This document shows, piece by piece, positions 5,480 to 5,651 of a DNA stretch of 5,651 nt; within the stretch, counting starts at the first letter, position 1, and each line of letters opens with the position of its first letter. This stretch comes from Leidyana gryllorum EB-2025a. Taxonomy: Eukaryota > Protista > Apicomplexa. A model generated the notes under the pieces. It ran no database searches. It was not told the DNA's origin and was given only the letters and a program-made list of their open reading frames with translations. Position numbers and translations under genes: made by a program. The stretch is taken from positions 1 to 5,651 of the forward strand of contig JBLWGC010000039.1 in NCBI GenBank assembly GCA_048772705.1, written 5' to 3'.

Positions 5480-5551
5480 GGGCTGTTTTGGGAATGGAAC
5501 TCCGGACTTCTTCCACCCGACGGAAGAATAATACCACTAGACCAAACAGCC
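5480..5551 (-). pseudogene. trnP: tRNA-Pro(CGG), degenerate
   Basis: CTTCC-GT-CGG-GT-GGAAG with acceptor intact. T-arm CGGAG-TTCCATT-CCCAA broken. Confidence 0.8.
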
Positions 5552-5639
5552 GCCTTTCATTCGTGCAACCCGCTGAAGACAGTTTAAAAGGTGGTCATCC
5601 TATGTTGAGAACCAACAAATGCGATGGGGTCCGCACAAC

Positions 5640-5651
5640 GGGCGACTAGCT
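5640..5651 (+). tRNA. 5' start of tRNA-Ala, truncated by window edge
   Basis: GGGCGACTAGCT matches the 5' end of Ala 1775-1846 at the expected position in the inverted duplicate block. Confidence 0.7.

Larger units (their letters stand above)
1..5651. other. Dense eukaryotic-type tRNA gene/pseudogene array (~39 loci, both strands), continuing past the right edge
   Basis: Recurrent A-box (TRGYNNARNNGG) and B-box (GGTTCGANTCC) motifs with foldable cloverleaves every ~95-240 bp. No encoded CCA. An Ala gene is cut by the window end. Confidence 0.97.
5250..5651. repeat. Inverted copy of block ~1835-2237
   Basis: Gly fragment, Met, Pro and Ala start with homologous spacers. Confidence 0.92.

Noticed and set aside
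46-5649. All ORFs in the supplied track, including the 156-aa ORF at 2415-2885
   Set aside because: They are short, overlap tRNA genes on both strands and have no recognisable domains. Repeated peptides (VRDSIVVSISACHAE, RAVLGIEP) are just translations of repeated tRNA sequence.
1-5651. Bacterial, phage or organellar tRNA array, or CRISPR array
   Set aside because: Mixed strands, no encoded CCA, A34 anticodons in Thr/Ser/Pro/Ala and eukaryotic Ala/Met signatures argue against a prokaryotic or organellar origin. There is no constant direct repeat with unique spacers.
1-5651. tRNA-derived SINE cluster
   Set aside because: Many different tRNA families are present, with no shared body, poly-A or simple-repeat tail, or target-site duplications.

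Overview
No credible protein-coding gene: all ORF-track entries are chance frames running across tRNA sequences. The window is a very dense, mixed-strand array of about 39 tRNA genes, pseudogenes and fragments, roughly one per 145 bp, covering 15-16 amino acids. The genes look eukaryotic nuclear/cytosolic: no encoded CCA, A34 anticodons (AGT, AGA, AGC, AGG, ACG), Ala T-loop GATCGAT, elongator Met with U31:U39. From memory the Asp gene resembles alveolate tRNA-Asp (unverified). Only about 7 copies fold without obvious lesions; the rest span a gradient of decay. The array is not a simple tandem repeat. It is a patchwork of direct and inverted duplicated blocks in which 5' and 3' flanks are reassorted across tRNA bodies, and near-identical bodies carry different wobble bases. 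All folding and alignment was done by eye, so pseudogene ends are approximate.
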